Shown: positions 23,336 to 32,569 of the stretch, piece after piece | Position numbering within the stretch: position 1 is the first letter of the stretch | Layout of the letters: each line of letters starts with the position of its first letter | NCBI GenBank assembly: GCA_041738475.1 | Contig: JBGSPT010000449.1 | Span: 1-46,079 of the forward strand | Source: Treponematales bacterium | GTDB lineage: Bacteria > Spirochaetota > Spirochaetia > Treponematales > UBA12059 | Direction of reading: 5' to 3' | Length of the DNA: 46,079 bases | Notes under the pieces: model-generated | Database searches by the model: none | Seen by the model: the letters and a program-made list of their open reading frames with translations, nothing else | Told to the model about the DNA's origin: nothing | Made by a program: the position numbers and the translations under genes

Positions 23336-24826
23336 ATTATACGGCCGAGAAGGCTTCTTCGAAAAATTTCCCTGCTGTCCGCGGCGATCTTCTCGTTCCT
23401 GGTCCTGTCGGCGGGTGCTTGCTCGGCACGGGTCTTCGTCGAAGCTCCGGAGGCTCTCGCGGCGGAGTCGGCCGCTCTCCGATCCAGCCTCGTCTCCCCG
23501 CGATCCGAGGGCGGCCTCGGGCTCCGGATCTCCGAATCCGGCAAGAGCGCGGACATCCTCCTTTGCATGGATTCCGCCTGGAACGGCGAATCATCCCGGG
23601 AAGCACCGGGTGGCGGATACGTCCTGTTCCGAGTACCCTACGCCCCGGCGGCGGAGATCGGCGGATACGGATCTTCCGCCGAATCCCTGATAGGATCCCT
23701 GGACCGCGTCGTACGGTTTGACGAATGCAGCTCCGGGGCTGTCCGGGTCCTCAGGATTCCCGATATCCGGCCGCCCCTGGTGGCGCTGCCCGTTTCCGGG
23801 AAGACCGTCGACGAACCGGATTACCCCTTGATCCTGGAAATCCGGGTCCGGGTGGAAGCCCGAAGCCTATGGGGTCGGGCTTACCTGGAGGCCCTCCGAT
23901 CGAGCCTTTCGCGCATGGAAGACCAAGCCCTAACCGATTCCGGCTCTATTCCGGGCCTGATCTGGATGGCGGCGGCGGGGGACCTGATGACCGGCCGCGG
24001 CATCGACCGCAGGCTCCTAGCCGGAGGCCCCGGAGCGGTTTTCGACCCGGAGATACTCCGCATCCTGGAAGACGCGGACCTGGCCGTGGCGAATCTCGAG
24101 GGGGCCCTTACGCACGGGGGGCTCCGGGCCCGGAAAACCTACACCTTCCGTTCCCCTCCGGAAACTGCCGGCGGCCTAAGGGCGGCGGGCATCGATGTCC
24201 TGCTCCTGGCCAATAACCACAGCCTTGACTGGAGCGAGGAAGGCCTCGCGGATACCTTGGAAGCCTTGGCCGGCGCGGGGCTGACGGGGGTAGGAGCCGG
24301 CGGGACTATCGAGGAAGCGGCCCGACCGTATCGTGTGTCCCTGAAGGGTCACGCCGCCGCTGTCCACGGCGCCGCGATCTTTCCGAGGGAACGGAACGGC
24401 TGGGACGGAGAGTTCGCCGCCGCCCGGGATGGACGGGCGGGTATCCTCTGGCTGGACCGCAAGGGACTCGGACGTATCGGGCAGGCCTTCCGGGGGGATA
24501 CCCTGGATGTCGTCCTCCTTCACGGCGGGGAAGAGTGGTCCCGGGAACCGTCCCCGGTTTTACGGCGTGTCACGAACGAACTCGTCGAGGCCGGGGCCGA
24601 CGCTGTCATCGGATCCCACCCCCACGTCGTGCAGGGGATGGAATGGATCCGGGGGAAGCCCGTCTTCTGGTCCCTGGGGAATTTCGTCTTCCCGGGGATG
24701 GACGGAACGCCGGGAGGAGAGGAGGGGCTCATGATCCGGGCGGGATTCCTGGAGGGCCGCATGCTCTATGTCCGAGCCCTGCCCCTGGCCCTGTCCGCGG
24801 AAGGGGTCCGCGCCGCGGGGCGCTAG
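23336..24826 (+). CDS. CapA-family (poly-gamma-glutamate capsule synthesis / metallophosphatase-fold) protein, probably secreted or lipidated
   Basis: Core motifs AAGDLMTGRG, LLANNHSLDW, LLHGGEEW and GSHPHVVQG. The first canonical start is ATG 23567. The same frame is open back to the stop at 23318 and encodes a typical signal peptide (RPRRLLRKISLLSAAIFSFLVLSAGAC). That stretch contains only non-canonical start candidates: ATT 23336 or ATA 23339, 6 nt after GAAAGG, and CTG 23372 or 23375. The 5' coordinate is therefore tentative. Confidence 0.7.
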   Translation: MIRPRRLLRKISLLSAAIFSFLVLSAGACSARVFVEAPEALAAESAALRSSLVSPRSEGGLGLRISESGKSADILLCMDSAWNGESSREAPGGGYVLFRVPYAPAAEIGGYGSSAESLIGSLDRVVRFDECSSGAVRVLRIPDIRPPLVALPVSGKTVDEPDYPLILEIRVRVEARSLWGRAYLEALRSSLSRMEDQALTDSGSIPGLIWMAAAGDLMTGRGIDRRLLAGGPGAVFDPEILRILEDADLAVANLEGALTHGGLRARKTYTFRSPPETAGGLRAAGIDVLLLANNHSLDWSEEGLADTLEALAGAGLTGVGAGGTIEEAARPYRVSLKGHAAAVHGAAIFPRERNGWDGEFAAARDGRAGILWLDRKGLGRIGQAFRGDTLDVVLLHGGEEWSREPSPVLRRVTNELVEAGADAVIGSHPHVVQGMEWIRGKPVFWSLGNFVFPGMDGTPGGEEGLMIRAGFLEGRMLYVRALPLALSAEGVRAAGR

Positions 24827-24900
24827 CCCCCGGCCGAAGGATCAAGGAAGCCTGTAGAAAAAGTCAGTTAAGCCTTGTTCAATAATAGGGCAATTGCAAA

Positions 24901-24939
24901 GCCATTTGTAGAAATGCTCGTAGCATTTCTACAAATGGC
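24901..24939. terminator. Perfect 18-bp-stem / 3-nt-loop palindrome between convergent genes (probable bidirectional terminator)
   Basis: GCCATTTGTAGAAATGCT-cgt-AGCATTTCTACAAATGGC. It lies in a ~110-nt AT-rich islet, and its last base is the first base of the ABC-F stop-codon complement. T-containing flanks on both strands, but no long U-tract. Confidence 0.55.
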
Positions 24940-26575
24940 TAGATTTCCGCGATCACGTGGCCGTGGTAATACTCGTCCCGAAGCTCCCGGATCTTGGGAT
25001 CCACGAGGTAATCGTCGAAGGGCATGGTCCTGTCGATGATCCCCCCGGGGCAGATCTCCACGATCCGGTTGGCGATGGAGTTCACGAACTCGTGGTCGTG
25101 GCTCGTGAACAAGAGGACCCCGGGGAACTCGATAAGGCCGTTGTTCAAGGCGGTGATGGCTTCAAGGTCCAGGTGGTTGGTCGGCTCGTCCAGAATCAGG
25201 CAGTTGGATTCGGAGAGCATCAGCCGGGAGAGCATGCACCGTACCTTTTCCCCTCCGGACAGGACCCGCACGGGCTTCAAAGCCTCGTCCCCGGTGAACA
25301 GCATGCGTCCCAGGAAGGACCGGATGTAGGTTTCGTCCTCGCTGTCCGTATACTGCCTGAGCCAGTCCACGATGGACAGGTCGGATTGGAAGAGCGGGGC
25401 GTTGTCCTTGGGAAAATAGGCGACCGACAAGGTCTGCCCCCAGGAGAAGGACCCTTCGAAGGAAGCGTCCTCGCCCGCAAGGATTCCGAACAGCGCGGTC
25501 TTGGCCAGGTGTTCCCGTCCCACGAAGGCTATCTTGTCCGTCCGCTGGACTTCCAGGCTGAATCCGCCGAGTATGCGCTGACCTTCCGCCGTCTTCGTGA
25601 GTCCCTGGATGGAAAGGACGTTGTTGCCCGGCTCCCGGGCGGGCTTGAAGCCCACGTAGGGAAAGCGGCGGCTCGAGGGCTGGAGATCCTCGACATCAAG
25701 CTTGTCCAGGATCTTTTTCCGAGAGGTGGCCTGGCGGCTTTTTGACGCGTTGGACGCGAAGCGCTGGATGAATTCCTTGAGATCCTTGATCTTCTCCTCC
25801 CGCCTCCGCTTATCGTCCTTCATCTGCTGGGTCAGGATCCGGCTCATCCGGTACCAGAAATCGTAGTTGCCCGGGTACATCCGGATTGCTCCGTAATCGA
25901 TGTCGCAGGTGTGGGTGCAGACCGCGTTGAGAAAGTGCCGGTCATGGGATACGACGATGACGATGTTGGGGAATTCGATGAGGAATTCCTCCAGCCAAGA
26001 GATGGAGTCCAGGTCCAGACCGTTCGTGGGTTCGTCCAGGAGGAGGATGTCCGGATTTCCGAAGAGTGCCTGGGCCAGGAGGACCCGTACCTTCCGGCCC
26101 TCGTCTACCTCCTTCATGAGCTTTCCGTGTTCGGACTCCGCCATCCCCAGGCCCGAAAGCAGGATGGCGGCCTGGGCCTCGGCTTCCCAGCCGCCCAGCT
26201 CCGCAAACTCCGTCTCCAGCTCGCCGGCCCGAAGGCCGTCGGCCTCCGAGAAATCCGCCTTGGCGTAGAGTTCTTCCCGCTCCTTCCGCACCTCCTGGAG
26301 CTTGGGATATCCCATGATCACCACGTCCAGGACCGGCAGGTCCTCGTACTGGAAATGCTCCTGCCGGAGGACGGCCATCCGGGCCTTGGAAGGGTAGGAG
26401 ATCTGCCCCGAATCCGCCTCCAGCTCACCGGAAAGCAGTTTCAGGAACGTGGATTTGCCCGCTCCGTTGGCGCCGATGATGCCGTAGCAGTTGCCCGGCG
26501 TGAATTTCAGGTTGACATCCTTGAAGAGGATCCTGTCTCCGAAGGAAAGCTTCAGGTCGCTGACGGTGATCACGG
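24939..26575 (-). CDS. ABC-F family ATPase (YbiT-like, two ABC domains, no membrane domain)
   Basis: Two Walker A motifs (GANGAGKST and the second-domain P-loop region), two LSGGE signatures (LSGGEKVR, and the first-domain signature region). Linker KDDKRRREEKIKDLKEFIQRF. I prefer the GTG at 26575 (VITVSDLKLSFG...) with AAGGA 6 nt upstream. The ORF-track start at 26660 adds an atypical 28 aa. Confidence 0.9.
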
Positions 26576-26646
26576 GATATCCTTTTGCGCGAAGAGCCGC
26601 GCCGACGGTATTGACTGTTCGGTGTCCTCCGATAATCCCGGAAATG

Positions 26647-26676
26647 TTGGAAAAATGCAAGACGGCCCGTTAGACT
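26647..26676 (+). promoter_or_regulatory. Candidate promoter of the DUF438 gene (leaderless geometry)
   Basis: TTGGAA (26647-26652), 18-nt spacer, TAGACT (26671-26676), 7 nt, then ATG 26684. Confidence 0.3.
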
Positions 26677-26683
26677 TTTGGAC

Positions 26684-27922
26684 ATGTCTGATCCGAACGA
26701 GAATCGAAGAAGAGCGGTTCTGGGTGAGCTGTTTCGGGCCGTGCTGGAGAAGAGGGCCGACAAAGCCGCGGTAGAGGCCGCGAAACCCCATTCCGACGAG
26801 GCCGGACCGGGGGATGTCGCCTTCCTGATCGACGAGGCCATCTCCCGGGGAGTCGGGTTCGAGGTACTCAAGCCCGGAGTCTCCAAGCTGCTGAACCTGC
26901 TGTACGATCCTCTCCGGCGCCACCGGTACGCGGGGGACGAGATCTTCCTGGATTCCCTGCTGCGTGAGAACCGCGGAGCCGTGGAACTCCTGACGGAAGC
27001 CCGTTCCGCGGTGGCCGCGATGAACGCCGCGGGAACGTTCCACCCCGAGGGACTCGCCAGGATCCGTGCCTTCGTGGAGAGGCTCGGAGCCCTGGAAATC
27101 CATTACCTCAAGAAGGAGAATATCCTGTTCCCCGCCTTCGAGGCGAGGTATCCGGAGTACCGCTGCGTCCAGCTGATGTGGTCCATCCATGATGATGTCC
27201 GGCGTTCCCTTCGCAGACTTCGCGAGCTCTGCGAAAGCTCCGACTCCCTTCTGTCCGAGCTGAACGGGGAGATAGGCAAATTGTACTTCAACATCCACGC
27301 CGTCATCTTCCGGGAAGAATGCATCGTATTTCCGGTCTTCGAACGGCTCTTCGACCGGGAGTCCCTGGACGCGATGTTCGACGAGTCTCGGGCCTTCGGA
27401 TTCTGCTTCCTGGACGCGGATGCGATCCGGGTTTTGGAATCCCGGTACTCTACGGGGCCGGGACCCGCCGCGTCCCCCGCACGTCCCGGCTGCCCGGATC
27501 CGGCGGAAGCCGCGCTTCCCGGGGATACGATCCTGCCCCTGGATGCCGGAGGTCTGCCGCTTTCGGTGCTGGAAGCCCTGTTCAAGGTCTGCCCCGCGGA
27601 CATGACATTCGTGGACGCAGCCGGCCGCGTGGCTTGGTTCTCCAACGGCCCGCACCGAATCTTCCCCCGCAGCCCTTCGATCATCGGCCGGGACGTACGC
27701 AACTGCCATCCCCGGGAGAGCGTGGATCGCGTGGTGTCCATCCTGGAGGATTTCCGCACGGGACGCCGGGAACGGGAGGCTTTCTGGATACGGCACAGGG
27801 GACGATTCATACACATCGAGTACTTCGCCCTGCGGAACCCCGAGGGGCGGTTTCTCGGAACCCTGGAAGTGAGCCAGGACCTTACGGAAAAACGCGCCCT
27901 GGAGGGGGAGAAGAGACTATAG
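26684..27922 (+). CDS. DUF438-family protein with hemerythrin-like (HHE) region and C-terminal PAS domain
   Basis: The C-terminal block FPRSPSIIGRDVRNCHPRESVDRVVSILEDFRTGRREREAFWI is characteristic of DUF438/PAS proteins. The N-terminal half has hemerythrin-like helices (HYLKKENILFP...MWSIHDDVR). The start is ATG 26684, or TTG 26678 as in the ORF track. Confidence 0.75.
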   Translation: MSDPNENRRRAVLGELFRAVLEKRADKAAVEAAKPHSDEAGPGDVAFLIDEAISRGVGFEVLKPGVSKLLNLLYDPLRRHRYAGDEIFLDSLLRENRGAVELLTEARSAVAAMNAAGTFHPEGLARIRAFVERLGALEIHYLKKENILFPAFEARYPEYRCVQLMWSIHDDVRRSLRRLRELCESSDSLLSELNGEIGKLYFNIHAVIFREECIVFPVFERLFDRESLDAMFDESRAFGFCFLDADAIRVLESRYSTGPGPAASPARPGCPDPAEAALPGDTILPLDAGGLPLSVLEALFKVCPADMTFVDAAGRVAWFSNGPHRIFPRSPSIIGRDVRNCHPRESVDRVVSILEDFRTGRREREAFWIRHRGRFIHIEYFALRNPEGRFLGTLEVSQDLTEKRALEGEKRL

Positions 27923-28984
27923 CCCTGCTCCGAGGGCGTCGCGGATGCGGTCTTTGGGATCCCCCTCCGTTTTCGACAGGGCGGCGACTTCCCGTATGAA
28001 CCGCGCGAGGTCCCCGTCGCAGTAACGTTCCAGAAATTCCGCGTACAACTCCGGCTCGCCCTCGTAGAGGCGGTAGAGATCCAGGTACGCGTTGTTGATC
28101 CTGTCCATCGCGAAGGACCTGTACGCCTCCTGCCGGAAACGCAGGGGAGCGGACTCGCGGAATTCCGCGGCCCGGGATGCGAGGATCGCCGATTTGGCGG
28201 ACAGTTTTTCGTCCCGGCTCCGATCGGAGGAGTAGACGGTTTCCAGGAGGCCCGCGGTCTCCCGCAGGAATTGCGCGAACGCCTCGGCGTCCGCCCTCGC
28301 GTGGTCCAAGGCCGTGAGCTCCGGGCTCGGCGATCCGTGCATTCGGGAGATGAATGCACGGGCCCCCTGACGTCCCACGAAGGTGGCGAATTCCTCGTTG
28401 AACTGTTCCGCCCGCTTCACGAAGACCGTGGCGTGGGCGAGTTCGTGGATGATTAGCTCCGCGAGTTCCCCGTCGTCGTACTTCGCGAAGTTTGAGAACA
28501 AAGGATCCGCGAACCACCCGAGGGTGCTGAAGGCGTCCACGGGGCGGACCAGGGTATCCAATCCCCTGGCCTTCAGCCTCGAAGCCTCCCGTTCCGCCTC
28601 ATCCGGCTTGAAGAACCCCTTGTAGGGAAGCGAGCCTACCACGGGATACCGCCACAGGTGACGTTCGAAGGATACGGGATCGCAGGCGGAAACGACCGTA
28701 GCCAGGCGGTCCGAATCCAGTCGGACCAGGGAGCGATAGTTGCGGGTTTCCGCTAGTCCGATCTCTTCGATGGCAAAGGCCCGAATCCGCTCCGCCCGGA
28801 GCGCCAGGTCCTTGATCTCCCGGGGCGCTTCGGGATCGGAGAGCACCTTCTCGAGGTCGACCGCCCGGGCCCTGAGCGCGATATACCGGGCCCCCTGGGT
28901 GGTTACGTAGCAGGAGCTTAGGGTCAAGGCCCCGAGAGTTGCCAGGATCCAGTATACGGTCCCGGCCGGACCGCCTCGATGCAT
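27917..28984 (-). CDS. Putative zinc aminopeptidase lipoprotein (predicted-aminopeptidase / DUF2265-like)
   Basis: HExxH site in ELIIHELAHATVF. N-terminal signal peptide with lipobox (LGALTLSSC). ATG 28984 is preceded by GGAGGA. The 3' end overlaps the convergent DUF438 gene by 6 nt. Confidence 0.65.
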   Translation of the reverse strand: MHRGGPAGTVYWILATLGALTLSSCYVTTQGARYIALRARAVDLEKVLSDPEAPREIKDLALRAERIRAFAIEEIGLAETRNYRSLVRLDSDRLATVVSACDPVSFERHLWRYPVVGSLPYKGFFKPDEAEREASRLKARGLDTLVRPVDAFSTLGWFADPLFSNFAKYDDGELAELIIHELAHATVFVKRAEQFNEEFATFVGRQGARAFISRMHGSPSPELTALDHARADAEAFAQFLRETAGLLETVYSSDRSRDEKLSAKSAILASRAAEFRESAPLRFRQEAYRSFAMDRINNAYLDLYRLYEGEPELYAEFLERYCDGDLARFIREVAALSKTEGDPKDRIRDALGAGL

Positions 28985-29138
28985 GCTTCCTCCGCTTATT
29001 CTTGAACAGGTGGGAGTATATAGGGACTCCGCGGCTTTCGGAAGATACACCGGCAGGATCCATAGCAGGTTGTTAAAAAACTTGAAGCATTTCGACACCC
29101 TGCTAGGATAAGACGCCGGGAAGCTTTACAATGGCGTC

Positions 29139-31649
29139 ATGAATTACAAGGAACTTCCGGTATATCAGCAAAAGGACCGCATCCTCGACTCCCTCCGGGA
29201 CCACCAGGTGATCGTGGTGGAAAGTCCCACGGGATCCGGGAAGACCACCCAGATACCCGTCATCCTCCACGAGGCGGGCTACGCTCGCAACGGGATCATC
29301 GGCGTGACCCAGCCCCGTCGTATCGCCGCGATTTCCGTGACCGATTTTGTCTCCCGTCAGCTCGGAACCCCGGTGCCGGGTCTCGTGGGCTACAAGATGC
29401 GCTTCGAGGACAGGACGGACACGTCCACGGTCATCAAGATCATGACCGACGGAATCCTTCTCCAGGAGATGAAGCTGGATCCCCTGCTCAGCCGGTACGG
29501 GGTCCTCATGGTGGACGAAGCCCACGAGCGGAGCCTCAATATCGACTTCATCCTGGGCCTCCTGAAGCGCGTCATGGAAGCCCGGCCGGAATTCAAGGTC
29601 GTCGTATCCTCCGCGACCATCAACGCCGAGGTTTTCAGCGCCTATTTCGGGGACTGCCCGGTCGTGAAGATCGAGACGCCCATGTATCCCGTGACGGTGG
29701 TCTACGACCCCCCGGCCGCGGAGTCGGACATGGATGCCCTGATCGACAAGGTGGAATCCACGGTGGTCCGGATCGTCCAGGAAAGACGCGAGGGGGACAT
29801 CCTCGTCTTCCTTCCCGGGGAGCGGACCATCAAGGACTGCATGGCCCGCCTCGCCGCCTGCGAGGTCCGCCGCGGCCTCCATTTGATTCCCCTGTACGGG
29901 AGGCTGGGCAAGGACGAGCAGGAGCGGGTCTTCGATCCCACCCCCCCGGGCAAGACCAAGGTGGTGGTTTCCACGAACATCGCGGAGACCTCGGTGACCA
30001 TCGACGGGATCACCAGCGTCATCGACTCCGGACTGGCCAAGCTGAACTTCTACAATCCACGGACCTACACGGCAAGCCTGGTGGAGGTTCCCACCTCAAA
30101 GGCTTCCAGCAACCAGAGGAAGGGGAGGGCGGGCCGCACCCGGCCCGGCACCTGCTATCGCCTGTTCGGCCGGGACGATTTCGAAAACCGGTCCCTCTTC
30201 ACCATGGAGGAGATCTACAGGACCGACCTGTCCGAGGTGGTGCTTCGGATGGCCGAGCTCGGCATCACCGAATTCGAGCGCTTCGACTTCATCTCCAAGC
30301 CCGCCAAGACGGGGATCCTCGGCGCCGTGGAAGCCCTCAACCTCCTGGACGCCTTGAATCCCGACCGGACCCTTTCGCCGGTGGGAGAGAAGATGTGCTT
30401 GTTCCCCCTCCTGCCCCGGCACTCCCGCATCCTGGTGGAGGCGGTGCTCCGGTATCCGGACGTCCTGGAGGAAGCCCTGGTCGCCACCGCCTTCCTGTCC
30501 ACCCAGGGGCCCTTCATCCTGCCCCCGGGGGAGGAAATGGAGGCCCGGGCGGCCCACCACGCTTTCCGGGACCCCGCAGGGGACTTCGTCTCCTACCTCA
30601 AGATCTTCCGGCAATACAAGGAGGCCCGCAATCCCGTCCGGTACTGCGAGAAAAGCTACCTGGACGAACGGACCATGGCGGAGATCGTCCGGGTCAAGGA
30701 GCAGCTGGAGCTGATCGTCGCGGACATGGGAGTGCCCATTTCAAGGGGAGGCAGCACCGAGGATTACCTGTGCGCCGTCAGCCGGGGCCTGATACAGTTC
30801 GTCTGCGCCCGCCAGGATCGGGGCACCTTCCGAAGCCTCACCGCCGAGCGTATACAGATCCATCCCGGATCGGTAATGTTCAAGGAGAACCCCCAGTTCA
30901 TAGTCGCAGGCGAGATCGTCCGCACCACCAGAATGTACGCCATGAGCGTATCGCCTTTGCAGAAGCACTGGCTCCCAAAGATCTCTCCCTTGGTGGCCGA
31001 AGGACTTCTTTCCCACGCGGCCATGAAGGCGGTGCGCGGACAGGCAGTCAAGGCGGTACAGGAGGAACGCGCGGCCCGCTCCGCGGCACGGGACTTCACC
31101 AACCAGATCAAGATAGCCGGAGAGGTTTTCCGGCTGGAGGTCGGGAAGAAGAAGAGGAAACTCGCGGCCCTGGATTGGGACGCCCTGAAGCGCATACGGG
31201 GAGAGGCGGCCCGGGATTCCGCGGAGCTGTACCGGAACCTGAAGGGCGTCGTCACCAAGGGAAACCTGAGGCTGTTGGACGGGGAAAAACTGGACCTGAT
31301 CCTTAGAGTGGCCCCTCTTCTGGATTTAGACCGCGACCTGGACCGGGATTGGCCGAAAAAGCGCAACTACGCGGTGCACGAGGACTCCGCCGCACTGGTC
31401 TCCGCCCTGGACCACGTACTCCAGGTCTCCCGATGGAAGCCCAAGAGCGCGGAACTCGGATTCGTGGCCCTGTTCACCGATTCCTCCGGAAGCTACTGGT
31501 TCCGCGTCTCCCGGGGTTTCCACACCGCCTTGAACGAGAGCCTCGCGTCCCTGGAAGCTCTGGTGGACGACATCGCGGCTACCGCCACCCACGAGGAGAA
31601 GGAGAAGGCCGCGGCCTTGTATCGCAAGCTGTCGGGTTTCTTCGCCTAG
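29139..31649 (+). CDS. DEAH-box ATP-dependent RNA helicase, HrpA/HrpB-like
   Basis: Motif I SPTGSGKTTQIP, motif II VDEAHERS (DEAH), SATI, TNIAETSVTIDG, QRKGRAGR, followed by HA2/OB-like C-terminal regions. 836 aa. Confidence 0.9.
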   Translation: MNYKELPVYQQKDRILDSLRDHQVIVVESPTGSGKTTQIPVILHEAGYARNGIIGVTQPRRIAAISVTDFVSRQLGTPVPGLVGYKMRFEDRTDTSTVIKIMTDGILLQEMKLDPLLSRYGVLMVDEAHERSLNIDFILGLLKRVMEARPEFKVVVSSATINAEVFSAYFGDCPVVKIETPMYPVTVVYDPPAAESDMDALIDKVESTVVRIVQERREGDILVFLPGERTIKDCMARLAACEVRRGLHLIPLYGRLGKDEQERVFDPTPPGKTKVVVSTNIAETSVTIDGITSVIDSGLAKLNFYNPRTYTASLVEVPTSKASSNQRKGRAGRTRPGTCYRLFGRDDFENRSLFTMEEIYRTDLSEVVLRMAELGITEFERFDFISKPAKTGILGAVEALNLLDALNPDRTLSPVGEKMCLFPLLPRHSRILVEAVLRYPDVLEEALVATAFLSTQGPFILPPGEEMEARAAHHAFRDPAGDFVSYLKIFRQYKEARNPVRYCEKSYLDERTMAEIVRVKEQLELIVADMGVPISRGGSTEDYLCAVSRGLIQFVCARQDRGTFRSLTAERIQIHPGSVMFKENPQFIVAGEIVRTTRMYAMSVSPLQKHWLPKISPLVAEGLLSHAAMKAVRGQAVKAVQEERAARSAARDFTNQIKIAGEVFRLEVGKKKRKLAALDWDALKRIRGEAARDSAELYRNLKGVVTKGNLRLLDGEKLDLILRVAPLLDLDRDLDRDWPKKRNYAVHEDSAALVSALDHVLQVSRWKPKSAELGFVALFTDSSGSYWFRVSRGFHTALNESLASLEALVDDIAATATHEEKEKAAALYRKLSGFFA

Positions 31650-31657
31650 GGCGGAGG

Positions 31658-32473
31658 CTAGAGCCGGAAGATCTTCACCAGCTTCTTCTCGGTCTCACCC
31701 TCGATTGAGGCCTCTACCTCCACGTACTTCTCCAGTCCCGAGCCGTGGAGCTTTTCCTTGAGGAGCTCGTCCAGCTGGAAGACCCCGGCGGAGTTGCTCA
31801 TGCGGATTTTTATCCAGATGGGTTTCTCCTCCCCCGACAGGATCTCGATCTGCTCGATCGATGCGGCGGACAGGGAATGGATGTTGACGACCCCCGCCTC
31901 GAAGGGGATCCGGGACCGGCCCTTGGTCATGTCCAGGGCGTCCGCCACCCGGACGATTCCAGCCTCCACGGTCATGGGCCGCCCCTCGCTCCGGTGGGCT
32001 ATGATGGCGTGCTGGGTTTCCGCGCGGATGACCGCCCGGGTATAGGGGGTATAAAGGCCCTCCAGCAGGCGGTCGATAATGGGCTGCGCCACGAAGAGGG
32101 AGTACTGCTCGTGGTCGGCCCTCTGGATGGACATTCCCAAGTCGTGGAGCAGGGAGGCGAGTACGACGATAACCTCCGCGTCCGCCTCCGCAAGGCCGTG
32201 GTCCCGGACCACGCTGGGGACAACGCCCTTTTCCAGGAGCTGGCGGAGCATCTTCAGGGCTATATTGGAAACGATCTGGAAGTGGATGGGACCGTGGTCC
32301 GTCATGCCCAGACGGGTGACGGCGTTCACGTTCATACAGGTCCACAGGGCGTAGAGCTCCTCGTCGGAGTTCACCCGGTCGACGATGGTCTTGAGCAGGG
32401 GATTGTGCCGCACGGGGATCCGGATTTCCACCCGCTGGCCGGGTACCGGGATTGTAGGTTCCGTTTCGTTCAT
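31658..32473 (-). CDS. HD-domain metal-dependent phosphohydrolase
   Basis: His...HD...D pattern (HGPIHFQIV..., LASLLHDLGMSI, VADALD). 271 aa. Confidence 0.75.
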   Translation of the reverse strand: MNETEPTIPVPGQRVEIRIPVRHNPLLKTIVDRVNSDEELYALWTCMNVNAVTRLGMTDHGPIHFQIVSNIALKMLRQLLEKGVVPSVVRDHGLAEADAEVIVVLASLLHDLGMSIQRADHEQYSLFVAQPIIDRLLEGLYTPYTRAVIRAETQHAIIAHRSEGRPMTVEAGIVRVADALDMTKGRSRIPFEAGVVNIHSLSAASIEQIEILSGEEKPIWIKIRMSNSAGVFQLDELLKEKLHGSGLEKYVEVEASIEGETEKKLVKIFRL

Positions 32474-32534
32474 GCCCCTAGAGTAGCCTAATCGCGGCGA
32501 GAGGAAAAGAGCCTTGTTTTTTACCCGGGCAGTA

Positions 32535-32562
32535 TTGACATTATATTATACCCGGGTATAAT
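32535..32562 (+). promoter_or_regulatory. Consensus sigma-70 promoter directly abutting the DUF2239 ATG (leaderless geometry)
   Basis: Perfect TTGACA (32535-32540), 16-nt spacer, perfect TATAAT (32557-32562), 7 nt, then ATG 32570. No Shine-Dalgarno. The promoter is flanked and overlapped by two TACCCGGG copies (32522-32529, and 32549-32558 as the perfect palindrome TACCCGGGTA). Confidence 0.6.
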
Positions 32563-32569
32563 TATCCCC

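Noticed and set aside
23128-23568. 146-aa minus-strand ORF in the helicase/capA intergenic region
   Set aside because: Arg/Ser/Pro-rich and without a ribosome-binding site. Its 5' half is antisense to the capA signal-peptide coding stretch, which makes much better biological sense.
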